A stretch of DNA of 64,000 nt from Macrostomum lignano (taxonomy: Eukaryota), in contig NIVC01000753.1 of assembly GCA_002269645.1 (NCBI GenBank), positions 186,001-250,000 on the forward strand, in the 5' to 3' direction. Position 1 is the stretch's first letter; each line of letters starts with the position of its first letter. Position numbers and translations under genes: made by a program. A model generated the notes under the pieces. The model saw only the letters and a program-made list of their open reading frames with translations. It was not told the DNA's origin and searched no databases. This document shows positions 23,546-58,189 of the stretch, one piece after another.

Positions 23546-23890
23546 CCTCAGTTCGTAGGTTTGGTGCCCAATCTGGAACTCGGCACAGTCTCCAGTTTAT
23601 TTCAAGGACGGCTGCAGTATAGTCCTTATCTTGCTGTCACACAAAAACAGTTGAAAAATATTTTGCTACCCGACCTTAAAATTAACTTTCACATTAAACC
23701 AAAATATATTGAAGTGCTGACTAAAAAAAGCTAAAAATAGTTGAACAAATTTACAATGCCTGCAGTATGTATTTATTACACAACTCCGCCAATCCGAACC
23801 AACCAACCGGAGGACCCCGCGGCGAGCGGCATTTCTCGGGACGCGCCGGGTGAGTGGAGGGTTGGGCGACTTCACCGGCATTTTCCCGTC

Positions 23891-23897
23891 TATAAAA
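23891..23897 (+). promoter_or_regulatory. Candidate TATA box of the CYP gene
   Basis: TATAAAA about 60 nt upstream of the ATG in a CpG-rich segment; CCAAT at ~23789. Confidence 0.45.
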
Positions 23898-23952
23898 TCG
23901 GAGCCACCGAGGCGCTTCCAAGCCCAGAGCTTTTGTCTGCTTCTGTCTCGCG

Positions 23953-24005
23953 ATGCTCACTGAAATTCTCTGCCTCGGCTTCGGCTGGGTGCTGGCGGGC
24001 GGCAC

Positions 24006-24045
<40 letters not shown>

Positions 24046-25950
24046 ATGATGAAGAAGCCTACAAATAACAATGCACTTGAGCGACGCCTCCCAGGACCCT
24101 GGCGCCTGCCGCTTTTTGGCAGCTACTTTCAATTGCGACTTCCGTTCCGAGCCTGGCTACCGGAAGCTGTCGGTCGGTACGGCGATTTAATCGCCTTCCG
24201 GTTGGCTGGACGAACCTGGGTGACGCTTAACAGCACCGAGCGCATCCGGGAGGCTCTGCTGGACCACGCCGACGATTTGTCTGGCAGACAGCGGTTGCTC
24301 TGGTCCGAGACTCTGCTAAAGGGCAGCGGACTCGTGCTGGGCGACGGAGAGGTGAGTTGGAATTGGCTGTCTAGCAGGCTGAACTGTTCATTGTGTACTC
24401 CACTGTTCCATCGTTACTATCCTCACCACTGCCTCCTGTCTCGTCCTCCCCAGAGTCTTCCTCAGTGTATCACTCAGTGTCTCCCTCAGTATCTTCCTCC
24501 TACATTCAGGTGTGGCGCAAGCACCGCAATCTGGCCCTCCGCGTTCTGAAGGACTTCGGTTTCAACCGCTGTGGCATGGAGGACATCGTCCAGTCGGAGC
24601 TGCAGCACCAGCTGTCCGAACTGCCCGCCAGCGGTCGGCAGCTTGAAGTCGACAGCGACCTACTGGCTAGAATTGCTACCAACATCATCTGCCGACTGGT
24701 GTTCGGCGAACGCGCCAGCGACACCACAGACTTAGGCGGCAGCTTGCGCGCAGTCCAGACAGTCGTCCAGGCAGATGTGTACAGCGGATTTGGCGGCGCT
24801 GTCCTTCTGCCACTGCTGCGCCGCTGCCCGCCGCTTCTGTGGCGCCTTAACCGGATTCGAGCAGCAAAAGCCGCTATCGAACGAGTGCTGGGCATTGCGG
24901 AGGAGCGAGTGAAGGAGGCGACCGCGAGCAGGAATAACAACAACACTTATCAGGCAAGTGCTTTGCTATTTTCTTTTGCGGATCTTGCTTTGAAATGAGT
25001 TTCATTGGGGTTCTCCCTCGGATCTTACTCAAATTTCTTCCTCCTAGGCAAGTTATTTCCTTACGGCTACCTGAGGTCTTCATCCCAGCTACTTGGGGTC
25101 ACCCTTCCTACCTGAATCCAGCAAATGCATCACAAGGACCACTAGAAGTAACGCGTCAACTATACCAATATTGCAGGCGTGCACCTTCCTGGATGCAGCT
25201 GTACGTGTCGTCGCTGAGTCCGAAGGCGCCGCCGGCTACAATCTTGACACCAATTGCAGCAGCAAACCTGACGACGCTTTCAGCGAAGGCCGTCTAGCCG
25301 TGTCGCTCTTCGACCTGACCATCGCCGGCACGGACTCCACCGGCTCCGCTCTGAAGTGGATCTTCTTGCGGCTCGCTGCCCACCCCAGCTGGCAGCGAAG
25401 TCTGGCTGACGAGATCGACTGCATCGTCGGCGATCGTCACGTTGAACACGCCGACCGCGCTCAGCTCAACCTGCTGCGCGCCTTCATCGAGGAGACGCTA
25501 CGGCTGAATCCGCCGGTGCCAACAGCCGTCGTCCACCGGGCTGAGCGGTCTGTCCTGCTGTCTGGCGGCTACCGAATCCCCGAGGGCGCCTGGCTGCTTC
25601 CGAACATCCAGGCGGCGCAGCGGGATCCGCGCCACTTTGCCGAGCCGTCTGTGTTCAAGCCGGAGCGCTTTCTGGACTCCGACGGTAATTTCCAAGCTCT
25701 GCCGATGGCGCTGCCCTTCTCCGTGGGTCCGCGCGCCTGCCTCGGCGAGCAGCTGGCCCGCATGGAAATCTTCCTGACTGCCGCCCGCTTCCTGCAGCAC
25801 TTCCGCATTGGAATTGCCGTCGGTGGCGACGACAAAGATTGCGCCAGTCAGGTCAAAGCGGAGCGCCTCCTTTCCGAGGGCGGCTCGCTTGGCCTCGTGG
25901 CTTGCCCGCCGCCATTTCAGCTGCAACTCATGCGTCGCGATGGACTTTGA
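23953..25950 (+). CDS. Cytochrome P450, clan 2 (CYP2-like), 3 exons, ~538 aa
   Basis: Exons 23953-24351, 24510-24953, 25177-25950. N-terminal membrane anchor, PGPxxLPLFG hinge, WRKHR C-helix, I-helix AGTDST, K-helix EETLR, FKPERF, heme motif FSVGPRACLG. Intron 2 is GC-AG. Confidence 0.93.
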
Positions 25951-26879
25951 GTAGTTAAACTGTGTCGAGTCGCTACTTGAGTTAACTGAGTTGTTAGTTT
26001 TATTAGCTGTTGTCACACCTCACTCAAGTTATATTAGATATTACATGCAGCCACTGAGAGAGTGGGCTTTCGACTCATTCAGCCACCACTGGCGATCATG
26101 GAAAACTGAAGCAGAGGGACGCTATACAGTCGCGAATCGTAAAAAAACTGAAAATTTCCCATCTTGCTATTGCGTCCTTCCGCTTTATCTGAGCACGCTA
26201 GCAACCTGCACCCAACAACGTACTTATCACAGCCAATATTTTAATTGCACTTGCGTTGCACACTTCAAATTTTAATCACAAAAATTCCTACTTATCAAAA
26301 TTTTTTTTGGAAGCCCAAGGAAACACTGCTGGGTTTTCATTTATGGCGCTCTGTAGCTACACATTTGTATTTATACTGTAGTGCACTTCGACTGCACTTC
26401 TTTTTGGCAGACTGACTATTTTAACCGCTTTAACGTCTTTGGCAAGGTTTTAAGAAGTGCTAATATACATGTATGCTGGTAAATATTTATATTGCACAGC
26501 TAACAGCTATATTCGTTTCCGAGTGATGAAGATCTTACCTCCAATTCGCTAGTAAAATTACTGCTGATACTCGTAAAACTGCAACGTGGCCAATTTTTTC
26601 CTTCTTCCTCTGCATCCTCCCAATCCGGCCCTCGGGTTCTTTGAAATTTCACAACAGCATTCCGGCCCGCTCAAGCTCTCTTCTCTCCTAGCTCTCCCTC
26701 CTCTCTCGATCTCCTCTTATCATATTCTCTCTCATATCTTCTCTCATCCCATATCTCATCTCTCTTCACTTCTCTCCTTCTCTTTTTATTCCTTTTAGTT
26801 TCCGCTCTCATCTGGCCCGAAGCCATTAGCTAGGTTTTTTTTCTGTCCCCTGAAGTAAAAAAACTTGCCGACTCCTGCT

Positions 26880-27071
26880 ACACACGCATCGATGCCTCAT
26901 CACTGCTATAACTGCTTGCCTTTTGATTTTTTCTTTCAATCGGTCCATGCATACCGGATGGCTTCACGCGAGCTGAAGAAATCGAAGGAAGTTAAAGAAA
27001 GTCTTGACAGATTTTTTTCAAGGAACGCATACAATTTTCTAGAATATATTTGGTATGCAGAAAGCAGATAG
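26880..27071 (+). pseudogene. Decayed mariner transposase C-terminal fragment, tentative
   Basis: MPHHCYNCLPFDFFFQS...KSKEVKESLDRFFSR resembles LPHPPYSPDLAPSDF.LF.S...EEVK..LD.FF.SK. Confidence 0.4.
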
Positions 27072-28988
27072 ACAAACGAGTAGGTAGTAAGTAAAAAATT
27101 GATTATGCAGAGTCCCCGTCGACTCGATCGGGAATTCAAGTTTGCCATGGAGCTTAATGGGTTAAAATTGCAAGCAACTGAAAACGATCAACGCGACAAA
27201 GAAAAACGACAAGAACACACGGAAAGCGTATAGCGCAATTAAGTTCGTAATTTGTTTGAACTAACCAAATAGTTGATAAAATCTAAATTTATATTTTCTA
27301 AATGGTGCTGGGTAAGCCTCCTATCCACGCTGCATGGTGCTCGCGCAATGAAACCAATAAAATTAATGACAATCCTGCTCCTGCATTTTTTATACTTGAA
27401 ATTTCGGGCAACTTAATTTATTTATCATTTAAATTGACGCCAAAATGCAAAATCGGTCATTTCAATTTGATAGCTAAGTTTCAACCACGCATTTTGAGGT
27501 TTTCTATGGTTATATAAAATATTCAGAATATTACAAAGTATTTGTAATAACAATCGTATATTAAACGAAACTTTTGTTACAAAATTAGGCAACGCAAAAA
27601 TCTAACAAAAAGCTACCGGAATTACTGATGCAGGATTGACATGGATTTAAAAAGTTGTTTTTATCTCATACTTCTAGTAGCTACTAGAATACTTATTATT
27701 TTATAAAAACCGACATACAAAACTTTGTTGTTGAAGTTACGCAAAGTTTCCTAAATTATATATAATTTAAGAACTGTAAGTAAATATTATTTTTTAATTT
27801 CTAAAGGTCTGCACCGGCTGTCCAAAGTTTTTGAAATAATTCAATTTTTGTTAGCTAAATCTTACTGATTAAATTGGATTGAGCAACCGTCTGTATAACA
27901 GCAGCGAAAGTGAACTCCAACTCACGTTTTCGATCGCATTTTTAAAATTGCAAAAGAGCAAAGCATGTAAGTCTAAAGATATAATGAAGCTTTACGTACA
28001 AAACCTGCGGTCTGGTTTGCTGCTCAAAGCATGACTAAACTTCACAAAAACCCTATTTTGCCGGTACATAAATTTCAACCGGTACAGTTTTTTCTTTTAA
28101 AAATAAACCGATGATGATGAGAAAAACAAACTATTTGCTGCTCGCTAAGCGGTTAAAAATGTAATTTTGTCTTCTTTTTTAAGACATTACACAGGCATAC
28201 ATAATAGTTGAACATTGAAGGGAAGCAAAAATTTAAAAGACTAATTTAGCAAGTTTTTTAAAAGTAGACTTTGAGAACAATAAAGTTTCTCGAACTTTTT
28301 TATCTTACGAGTAGCGAAAAACCAAACTATAAACGCCAGCATTGAAAAAGCGACAATTTAGATCGAATAAAAATTCACATTTGAAAAGCGTATTGCAAAG
28401 CCAATTCAAACAAAAAAAACACAAATTTATTTTCAATGCGTTCATTATTGCTAGATTTTGAGGATTTCGGGTACTACTAACATTAACTAACAATATAATT
28501 TAAGTCAATGGAATATTTTAAACACTTTATTGAACTATATAATAGAGAAACTTACAGAATATTAAAGTCTAACTGAGAGAGATTGCAGGTGAAACAGTTC
28601 GCATGCTAGGGAATGGCTGTTGCTGTGTTGTTTCTCTCTGAACAGCAGATTTCGAACTTTTTGAAACAGACGGAACAGAATTACAACAAGCGATGTTGAA
28701 AAAGTTAAAAAGAACAAGCGAATGTGTACGGAGGCAAAATGGGGTAGCAGGTGGTACACTTTGCTATGTGTCTTCATTCATTTAATTGTTGTACGTTGCA
28801 CTTGTTGACCATTGACTGGACAGGGAGAGTCATTCAAATCCTTGAGTTGCAGGACTGTTCAGACACACTGATGTAAGTATACGAACTTCATTATGTAGAA
28901 ATCGCTGGAAAATTCGGAACTGCAGCAAGGGTGTACATTAGCTATCCTATTGGGGGACTAAGATGTACTAACAGACTGAAACAGGTTT

Positions 28989-50385
<21,397 letters not shown>

Positions 50386-51639
50386 TTTACTCTTGCGTTC
50401 GGGTTAGCTAGCGCTCTGGAACAATCGTTAAAATTAATTTTGACGGAAATGTCCAGACACAGAGACTAGATTAGTCGGTTTGAGTAAAATACAAGGAACG
50501 AACTCCGATAGACGGATGACTAGGGCTGTTGATGATTTTCTATTTTATTGAGCACGCGCTGTTGGGCTTGGAGGAATCTAGGAGCGGACGGGGCCTGTTG
50601 TGCGGTGGCGGAGCAGGGGGGCTAGCTGGAGAGGAATTAGAAAATGTGTCTCCAGGCCCAATCCACTCAGGCGGCTCCCACCCTCCAACCGATTCCCTTC
50701 TCCCCCCTGTCCGCGTCCGCCTGTTCATTGGCTCCCTGCTTTATAATAGTAAAGAGGAACTGAGAACCCCGGCTGCTGGATGGGGAAAGGGAAGCTGGCA
50801 AGGCTGGGTTCTTACCCGTGTGTTGGGGACGGAGGTGGGGAGTGAAAATGTGATGATTTGGACCAGACGGGAGAGGGAAACAGAGACAGACAATGTGCAG
50901 TCCGAGGCAGTGAGAATGAGGAACCAGTCTCCTCCTCTCCTGTGTCTGCTCCCCCCTCCACCCCTAGGCGAAGTGCAGACAGGTCAGGAGATGGTAAGAG
51001 AGGGTTCTGCTGGCACCGGCTGGTCCTAGAGACACGAAAGGCTGGACGGTGGTTCGTAGTTGATGAAGAACACGCGCAGGCGGTTTGAGGGGGGCAAAGA
51101 GGGTGAGGGAAAAGGAGGAGAGAAGGTCTACCTACTATTAGCCACTAGCCGCATGGGGAAAGGCGGTGAAAGGAGCGGCGGATGAAAGGGATAAATTGAA
51201 AGAGGGGTGAGATTTTCCCGAGAGCACTTTAAACAGGAGGCGCTTGAGCCGACAGGGAGGCTAGAGCGATAATTACTGGAAAAAAGTTTCCATGAACTAA
51301 ACGAAGCTAGTTCGTTTGTGTCTCAATGTCTCTCGTAGACAACCGGTGGGTGGGGCAGCGATGTACTTCTGGCAGACTCGATCTGCTGGGGAAGCATGCG
51401 TTCCCCTTTCTCCCCTGCCCTCCCCTTTCCCTGACTCGACCTGAACTCAGTATCCTCGGTTTCTTGCGCTCGAAAAAAGGGGACAGGGAGGAGAGAGATT
51501 TGGCCACAAAATCGCGGATCGATAGCCTCAGGATTAGCAGCATCTGGGAGGCTGGATAGGATGGAGTTGCCTGCCAAAAGAAAACTTTGTTCGAGTTCGA
51601 GGAAGATTCGCTGAGCAGCCAGCTTGATTGGAGCCTGTC

Positions 51640-52085
51640 TGTTCTTAGGGTCTGTCTCAGTCTCTCTGTGTCTGTCTTTCCAGAGCAGTGTCTTCTTGGT
51701 GTCTTAGTGTCTGTCCTAGTGTCTGGGACTGTCTGGCTTAACGTTTGTCGTAGTTTCTGCCTTAGTGCCTGTCTTGGTGACTGTCTAGTGTGTCTTAGTG
51801 TGTCTTAAGTGTGTGTTTTAGTGTGTCTTAGTGTGTGTCTTAGTGTCTGTCTTAGTTTTTGTCTTATTGCTGGCCTATTGTCTGTCTCAGTCTCTCTGTG
51901 TCTGTCTTACGAGAGCAGTGTCTTCATGGTGCCTTAGTGTCTGTCCTAGTGTCTGGGACTGTCTGTCTTAGTGTCTGTTTTACTGTCTGTCTTGACGCTT
52001 GTCTTAGTGTGTCTTTTTGTGTGTCTTAGTCTTATTGTCTGTCCTATTGCCTTGTCTTGTGTTTGCTTTGCGTGTCTTAGTATCT
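51640..52085. repeat. Degenerate TTAGTGTCTGTC repeat with an ~85-bp direct duplication
   Basis: 51650-51735 is repeated at 51885-51970. Confidence 0.75.
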
Positions 52086-52406
52086 ATCCGTCTGCTTGTC
52101 GTGACTCCAGTGCAGATTTGCTATCTCCAGGCCGGCAGTGCAACAGCACAAAAGCACGAAGCCAACACTAAAAGCAACATCGGCCTCACCCTATAAAAGT
52201 GCTTCCTGCCGGTTTCCCGCTCGTATTCTGCTGCCAACTGCAGAATGTTCCTCGATGGTAATCGCCTCTCAGGGTGCCTTGAATCTTGAACTGACTGGCA
52301 GGCAAACTTAACTGCGATAATATACCCCGATTGAAGATTTGCGCTACCCCGACACCCCTCACTGATTGGTCAGCCCCGCTGGCCTCCTTCTTCAGCGCAA
52401 GAACAA

Positions 52407-52606
52407 GGGGGTGGTAGCCCAGTGGTCTAACGCGGCGCTTTGAGGTGCCAGCGGCCCAGACTCAATTCCAAGTGCAGTAACATTAACTTGGGGCTAAATT
52501 TTAATCACTAAATTTGAAGTGTACATGCCTAAAGATAAATAAAGTCAGGGCCGCTGTACACTTCTGTGTGAGTGTGTGCCTGTGCGTATGACTGCGTACG
52601 TATCCA
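52407..52606 (+). mobile_element. tRNA-derived SINE, copy C (3'-truncated)
   Basis: A-box TAGCCCAGTGG, degenerate B-box ACTCAATTCC; body as in copy B. Confidence 0.75.
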
Positions 52607-54048
52607 TGGTGTCTTTGAGAGGGGGCGGTGTCTTTGGGAGAGGGCGGTGTCTTTGAGAGGGGGCGGTGTCTTTGGGAGGGGGCGGTGTCTTTGGGAGGGG
52701 GCGGTGTCTTTGGGAGGGGGCGGTGTCTTTGGGAGAGGGCGGTGTCTTTGAGAGGGGGCGGTGTCTTTGGGAGGGGGCGGTGTCTTTGGGAGGGGGCGGT
52801 GTCTTTGAGAGGGGGCGGTGTCTTTGGGAGGGGGCGGTGTCTTTGGGAGGGGGCGGTGTCTTTGGGAGGGGGCGGTGTTTTTGAGAGGGGGCGGTGTCTT
52901 TGGGAGGGGGCGGTGTCTTTGGGAGGGGGCGGTGTCTTTGAGAGGGGGCGGTGTCTTTAGGGTGGGCGGTGTCTTTGGGGTGGGCGGTGTCTTTGAGGGG
53001 CGGTGTCTTTGGGGCTGTGTCTTTGGGGGCGGTGTCTTTGGGGAGGAGCGGTGTCTTTAGGGGCGGTGTCTTTGAGGGGCGGTGTCTTTTGGAGGGGGCG
53101 GTGTCTTTGAGGGGCGGTGTCTTTTGGAGGGGCGGTGTCTTTGAGAGGGGGCGGTGTCTTTAGGAGGGGCGTTGTCTTTGGGGTGGGCGGTGTCTTTGAG
53201 GGGGCGTGTCTTTGAGGGGGGGCGGTGTCTTTGAGAGGGGGCGGTGTCTTTGAGAGGGGGCGGTGTCTTTGAGAGGAGGCGGTGTCTTTGAGAGGGGGCG
53301 GTGTCTTTGGGAGGGGGCGGTGTCTTTGTGAGGGGCGATGTCTTTAGGAGGGGGCGGTGTCTTTGGGGGGCTGTGTCTTTAGTAGGGGGCGTTGTCTTTG
53401 TGAGGGGGCGGTGTCTTTGGGAGGGGCGGTGTCTTTGGGGGGGCGGTGTCTTTGAGGGGGTGGTGTCTTTGGGGTGGGCGGTGTCTTTGAGGGGGCGGTG
53501 TCTTTGGGGGCGGTGTCTTTGGGAGGGGGCGGTGTCTTTGGGAGGGGCGGTGTCTTTGAGAGGGGGCGGTGTTTTTGAGAGGGGGCGGTGTCTTTGGGGG
53601 GCTGTGTCTGGTAGGGGGCGTTGTCTTTGTGAGGGGGCGGTGTCTTTGGGAGGGGGCGGTGTCTTTGGGGAGGGGGCGGTGTCTTTGGGGGCGGTGTCTT
53701 TGGGGGCGGTGTCTTTGGGGAGGGGGCGGTGTCTTTGAGGGGCGGTGTCTTTGGGGGCGGTGTCTTTGGGAGGGGGCGGTGTCTTTGAGGGGCGGTGTCT
53801 TTGGGGGGCGGTGTCTTTGGGGAGGGGGCGGTGTCTTTGGGGTGGGCGGTGTCTTTGAGGGGGCGGTGTCTTTGGGGGCGGTGTCTTTGGGGAGGGGCGG
53901 TGTCTTTGAGGGGCGGTGTCTTTGGGGGCGGTGTCTTTGGGGAGGGGGCGGTGTCTTTGGGGTGGGCGGTGTCTTTGAGGGGGCGGTGTCTTTGAAGGGG
54001 CGTTGTCTTTGGGGGGCGGTGTCTTTGGGAGTGGGCAGTGTCTTTGGG
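52607..54048. repeat. G-rich minisatellite, ~19-bp unit
   Basis: GGGGGCGGTGTCTTTG(A/G)GA variants, ~75 copies. Confidence 0.95.
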
Positions 54049-54569
54049 CTTGGCTTCCCCAGTCCAGATTCTCGGCCTAGAACTCGCTGTCTAGGGCTAC
54101 AAGAAATGGAGACACCCAGCCTACTTTTAGTTGACACCTCACCAAGCCCCATTGCGAGCACAAGCAGGCAGACAGGCCATGGGCACAGCTGTCCATCCGA
54201 GTGGCTGGACAAACATGGTGGACTGTGCAGGGCCAGACGACAGGAGAGAACGGACGATAGGGGGTGTGGAGAAACGCCCAGTCAGTTTTTATGGAGCATC
54301 AGTGCACAGCGCTTTATTGACAGACTGACAGAGCCTCAACAAACGATATGTGTGCCGCGAAAATATCCCGTTTCCCAGTTCACACATTTCCTAGCCTTGG
54401 AAGCAAGTTTTGAGCAACAGAAGGTTTTTGTGCTTAAATCTCTGACTAACTGTGGAGTGGCATGCAGCTTTTGCTTGATTTTTTTCCACTCACTCATTTG
54501 TCACAGTGATTAGCGACTAAAAATGGAATGAAAAAAGACAGAAGCATCAGCCAGGGTTTCCATTTATGA

Positions 54570-54800
54570 ATTTGCCAATCCCGTACTCAGGATGACTCAG
54601 CCTCAATTTCGCCATTGTCTGTGCAGTGCATTGTCTGACGCACAGACAGGTGTAGGGCGGATATTGGGAGAGAAGATGAAGGTGAATCAATGGTCCCCGT
54701 TGCAGGCAGTCGCGGTTAAAAATTGGTGGACGACTTGCAAGCGGCTGTAAATCATCGCCATGTAATAATCATAAAAAACCATCGCCCTCTTTTTCTGTTC
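54570..54800 (-). pseudogene. Decayed mariner transposase N-terminal fragment, tentative
   Basis: KRAMVFYDY resembles RAMIFYDF; downstream GEIEAE resembles REIEAS; stops and frameshifts present. Confidence 0.35.
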
Positions 54801-54929
54801 CGAATTTGCATCTATTCCGGCTGTTGGTTCGACCCTGCCTTGACTTGCGGTATTGACTTGCCGGTTGCGCAATACCCCTCTGCGCCGCGGCTGCTCAAAC
54901 TTCCTGGAGGCAGGTTCTTGCTGTGTCCA

Positions 54930-55030
54930 CTCACCGACGACTCTTGTCCACTCACCGACGCTTCTTGTCCACTCACCGACCCTTCTTGTCCACTTACCGA
55001 CCCTTCTTGTCCACTCACTGACACTTCTAT
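54930..55030. repeat. Short tandem repeat, 21-bp unit
   Basis: CTTCTTGTCCACTCACCGACC, ~4.5 copies. Confidence 0.9.
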
Positions 55031-55679
55031 TCCGTCATCTTGGCTGCCGATCTTCCAAGATTTGCATCGATAATCGAGTGAATCTGAATGAACATTGAAA
55101 AAGGAAGCTTGACTGCACTTGCAATTGAAAAGTCCAGAAGGAGAGATTTAGTGAATTTAGTGTTAACAAAATGAAAAACTTTAAGCTGTTTTCTGCCTTA
55201 GTTGTGCACGCTTTCAGTCAAATAATAATGATCTCCATGTGAGGGTGCAGTGCAAATATGAAATTTTGGAGAGTCAACCTTGAACGCCTTTGGGAGAAAT
55301 CCTGAGGAAATTTGTTAAGTAACTTTTCTTCTGCTTACACAGTGCAGGCGTCAACGTTAAACTCTCGCTCTGGAGTTGAGGTGCGAGTTGGCTTCGCTTA
55401 TAGCAACTTCTGAAACAGTGTTTAATCGTACTCTGCTCAGAGTGGCAATTTCTATTTTTTCTTTCTAATTTCTGAAACAAGGACCAGCTGAGTGAGATCT
55501 CAGTCTATAGCCAGAGTTCCAGAGTACAAATGTCTCAATGACAAGCTTGTAGCAGCAAAAAACTTTTTTTGTTGTAAGCAGCATTGACTACTTATAATAG
55601 TGCAAAAAACAACATGGAATAAATAAAAATGGTGTTAACTGTCTATTTCTATGTTAAGTCAAGCCGACATGGATTAAGG

Positions 55680-57795
55680 AATAGAATGGATTGCTAATCT
55701 AATCAATACACGGATAAGGAAGAGAATGGATTACTAATCTAGCCTACATGGATGCAGGAACAGAATGGATTGCTAATCTAGCCTACATGGATGCAGGAAC
55801 AGAATGGATTGCTAATCTAGCCTACATGGATGCAGGAACAGAATGGATTGCTAATCTAGTCTACATGGATCAAAGATTAGAATGGATTGCTAATCTAGTC
55901 TACATGGATCAAAGATAAGAATGGATTGCTAATCTAGCCTACATGGATGCAGGAACATAATGGATTGCTAATCTAGCCTACACGGATGCAGGAATAGAAT
56001 GGATTGCTAATCTAGCCTACACGGATGCAGGAACAGAATGGATTGCTAATCTAGCCTACATGGATGCAGGAATAGAATGGATTGCTAATCTAGCCTACAT
56101 GGATGCAGGAACAGAATGGATTGCTAATCTAGCCTACATGGATGCAGGAATAGAATGGATTGCTAATCTAGCCTACATGGATGCAGGAACAGAATGGATT
56201 GCTAATCTAGCCTACATGGATGCAGGAACAGAATGGATTGCTAATCTAGCCTACACGGATGCAGGAATAGAATGGATTGCTAATCTAGCCTACACGGATG
56301 CAGGAACAGAATGGATTGCTAATCTAGCCTACATGGATGCAGGAATAGAATGGATTGCTAATCTAGCCTACATGGATGCAGGAACAGAATGGATTGCTAA
56401 TCTAGCCTACATGGATGCAGGAATAGAATGGATTGCTAATCTAGCCTACATGGATGCAGGAACAGAATGGATTGCTAATCTAGCCTACATGGATGCAGGA
56501 ACAGAATGGATTGCTAATCTAGCCTACACGGATGCAGGAATAGAATGGATTGCTAATCTAGCCTACACGGATGCAGGAACAGAATGGATTGCTAATCTAG
56601 CCTACATGGATGCAGGAATAGAATGGATTGCTAATCTAGCCTACATGGATGCAGGAACAGAATGGATTGCTAATCTAGCCTACATGGATGCAGGAATAGA
56701 ATGGATTGCTAATCTAGCCTACATGGATGCAGGAACAGAATGGATTGCTAATCTAGCCTACATGGATGCAGGAACAGAATGGATTGCTAATCTAGCCTAC
56801 ATGGGTGCAGGAATAGAATGGATTGCTAATCTAGCCTACATGGATGCAGGAATAGAATGGATTGCTAATCTAGCCTACATGGATGCAGGAACAGAATGGA
56901 TTGCTAATCTAGCCTACATGGATGCAGGAATAGAATGGATTGCTAATCTAGCCTACATGGATGCAGGAACAGAATGGATTGCTAATCTAGCCTACATGGA
57001 TGCAGGAACAGAATGGATTGCTAATCTAGCCTACATGGATGCAGGAATAGAATGGATTGCTAATCTAGCCTACATGGATGCAGGAACAGAATGGATTGCT
57101 AATCTAGCCTACATGGATGCAGGAACAGAATGGATTGCTAATCTAGCCTACATGGATGCAGGAATAGAATGGATTGCTAATCTAGCCTACATGGATGCAG
57201 GAACAGAATGGATTGCTAATCTAGCCTACATGGATGCAGGAACAGAATGGATTGCTAATCTAGCCTACATGGGTGCAGGAATAGAATGGATTGCTAATCT
57301 AGCCTACATGGATGCAGGAACAGAATGGATTGCTAATCTAGCCTACATGGATGCAGGAACAGAATGGATTGCTAATCTAGCCTACATGGATGCAGGAATA
57401 GAATGGATTGCTAATCTAGCCTACATGGATGCAGGAACAGAATGGATTGCTAATCTAGCCTACATGGATGCAGGAACAGAATGGATTGCTAATCTAGCCC
57501 ACATGGATGCAGGAACAGAATGGATTGCTAACCCTAGACTACATGGGTTAAGGAAGAGAATGGATTGCTAACCTAGACTACATGGGTTAAGGAACAGAAT
57601 GGATTGCTAACCCTAGACTACATGGGTTAAGGAAGAGAATGGATTGCTAACCTTACATGGGTTAAGGAAGAGAATAGATTGCTAAACCTAGACTACATGG
57701 GTTAAGGAAGAGAATGGATTGCTAACCTAGACTACATGGGTTAAGGAAGAGAATGGATTGCTAACCTTACATGGGTTAAGGAAGAGTATGGATTG
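55680..57795. repeat. Minisatellite, 39-bp unit
   Basis: ATGGATGCAGGAACAGAATGGATTGCTAATCTAGCCTAC, ~54 copies with diverged ends. Confidence 0.97.
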
Positions 57796-58189
57796 CTCTA
57801 GCTTAAGGTTGAGTGCACTTCTCCAGAACTCCTTGCAGCGAGAATGACTATTTTTCCGTCCTATCCAAGACAAAAATGATCATAAGCTGTTCTGTTTATA
57901 GAAGCAAGTGCAGTCACCTCCCTCAGACTGAAACAAGACATTTTTGGAGGCTGGCCTCGAATGGTTCGAAAAAGTTGCACTCCTCAAGCTATGCGATAAA
58001 TCACCATTTTTTTCTGAAAATTCCTCTCACGAAGTTTTCCTTTTCCCATCCGCTAAAATCCTTGTTTGCATCCTCATACCAGACTGCAAGGTAGATTTAT
58101 GACAGGGCAAAATATTGTGTAAGTTAAATCTCGAACTGCACTGATGGTTGTACGCCATGATAGCACGTGGATGCGCCTGACAAATGCGA

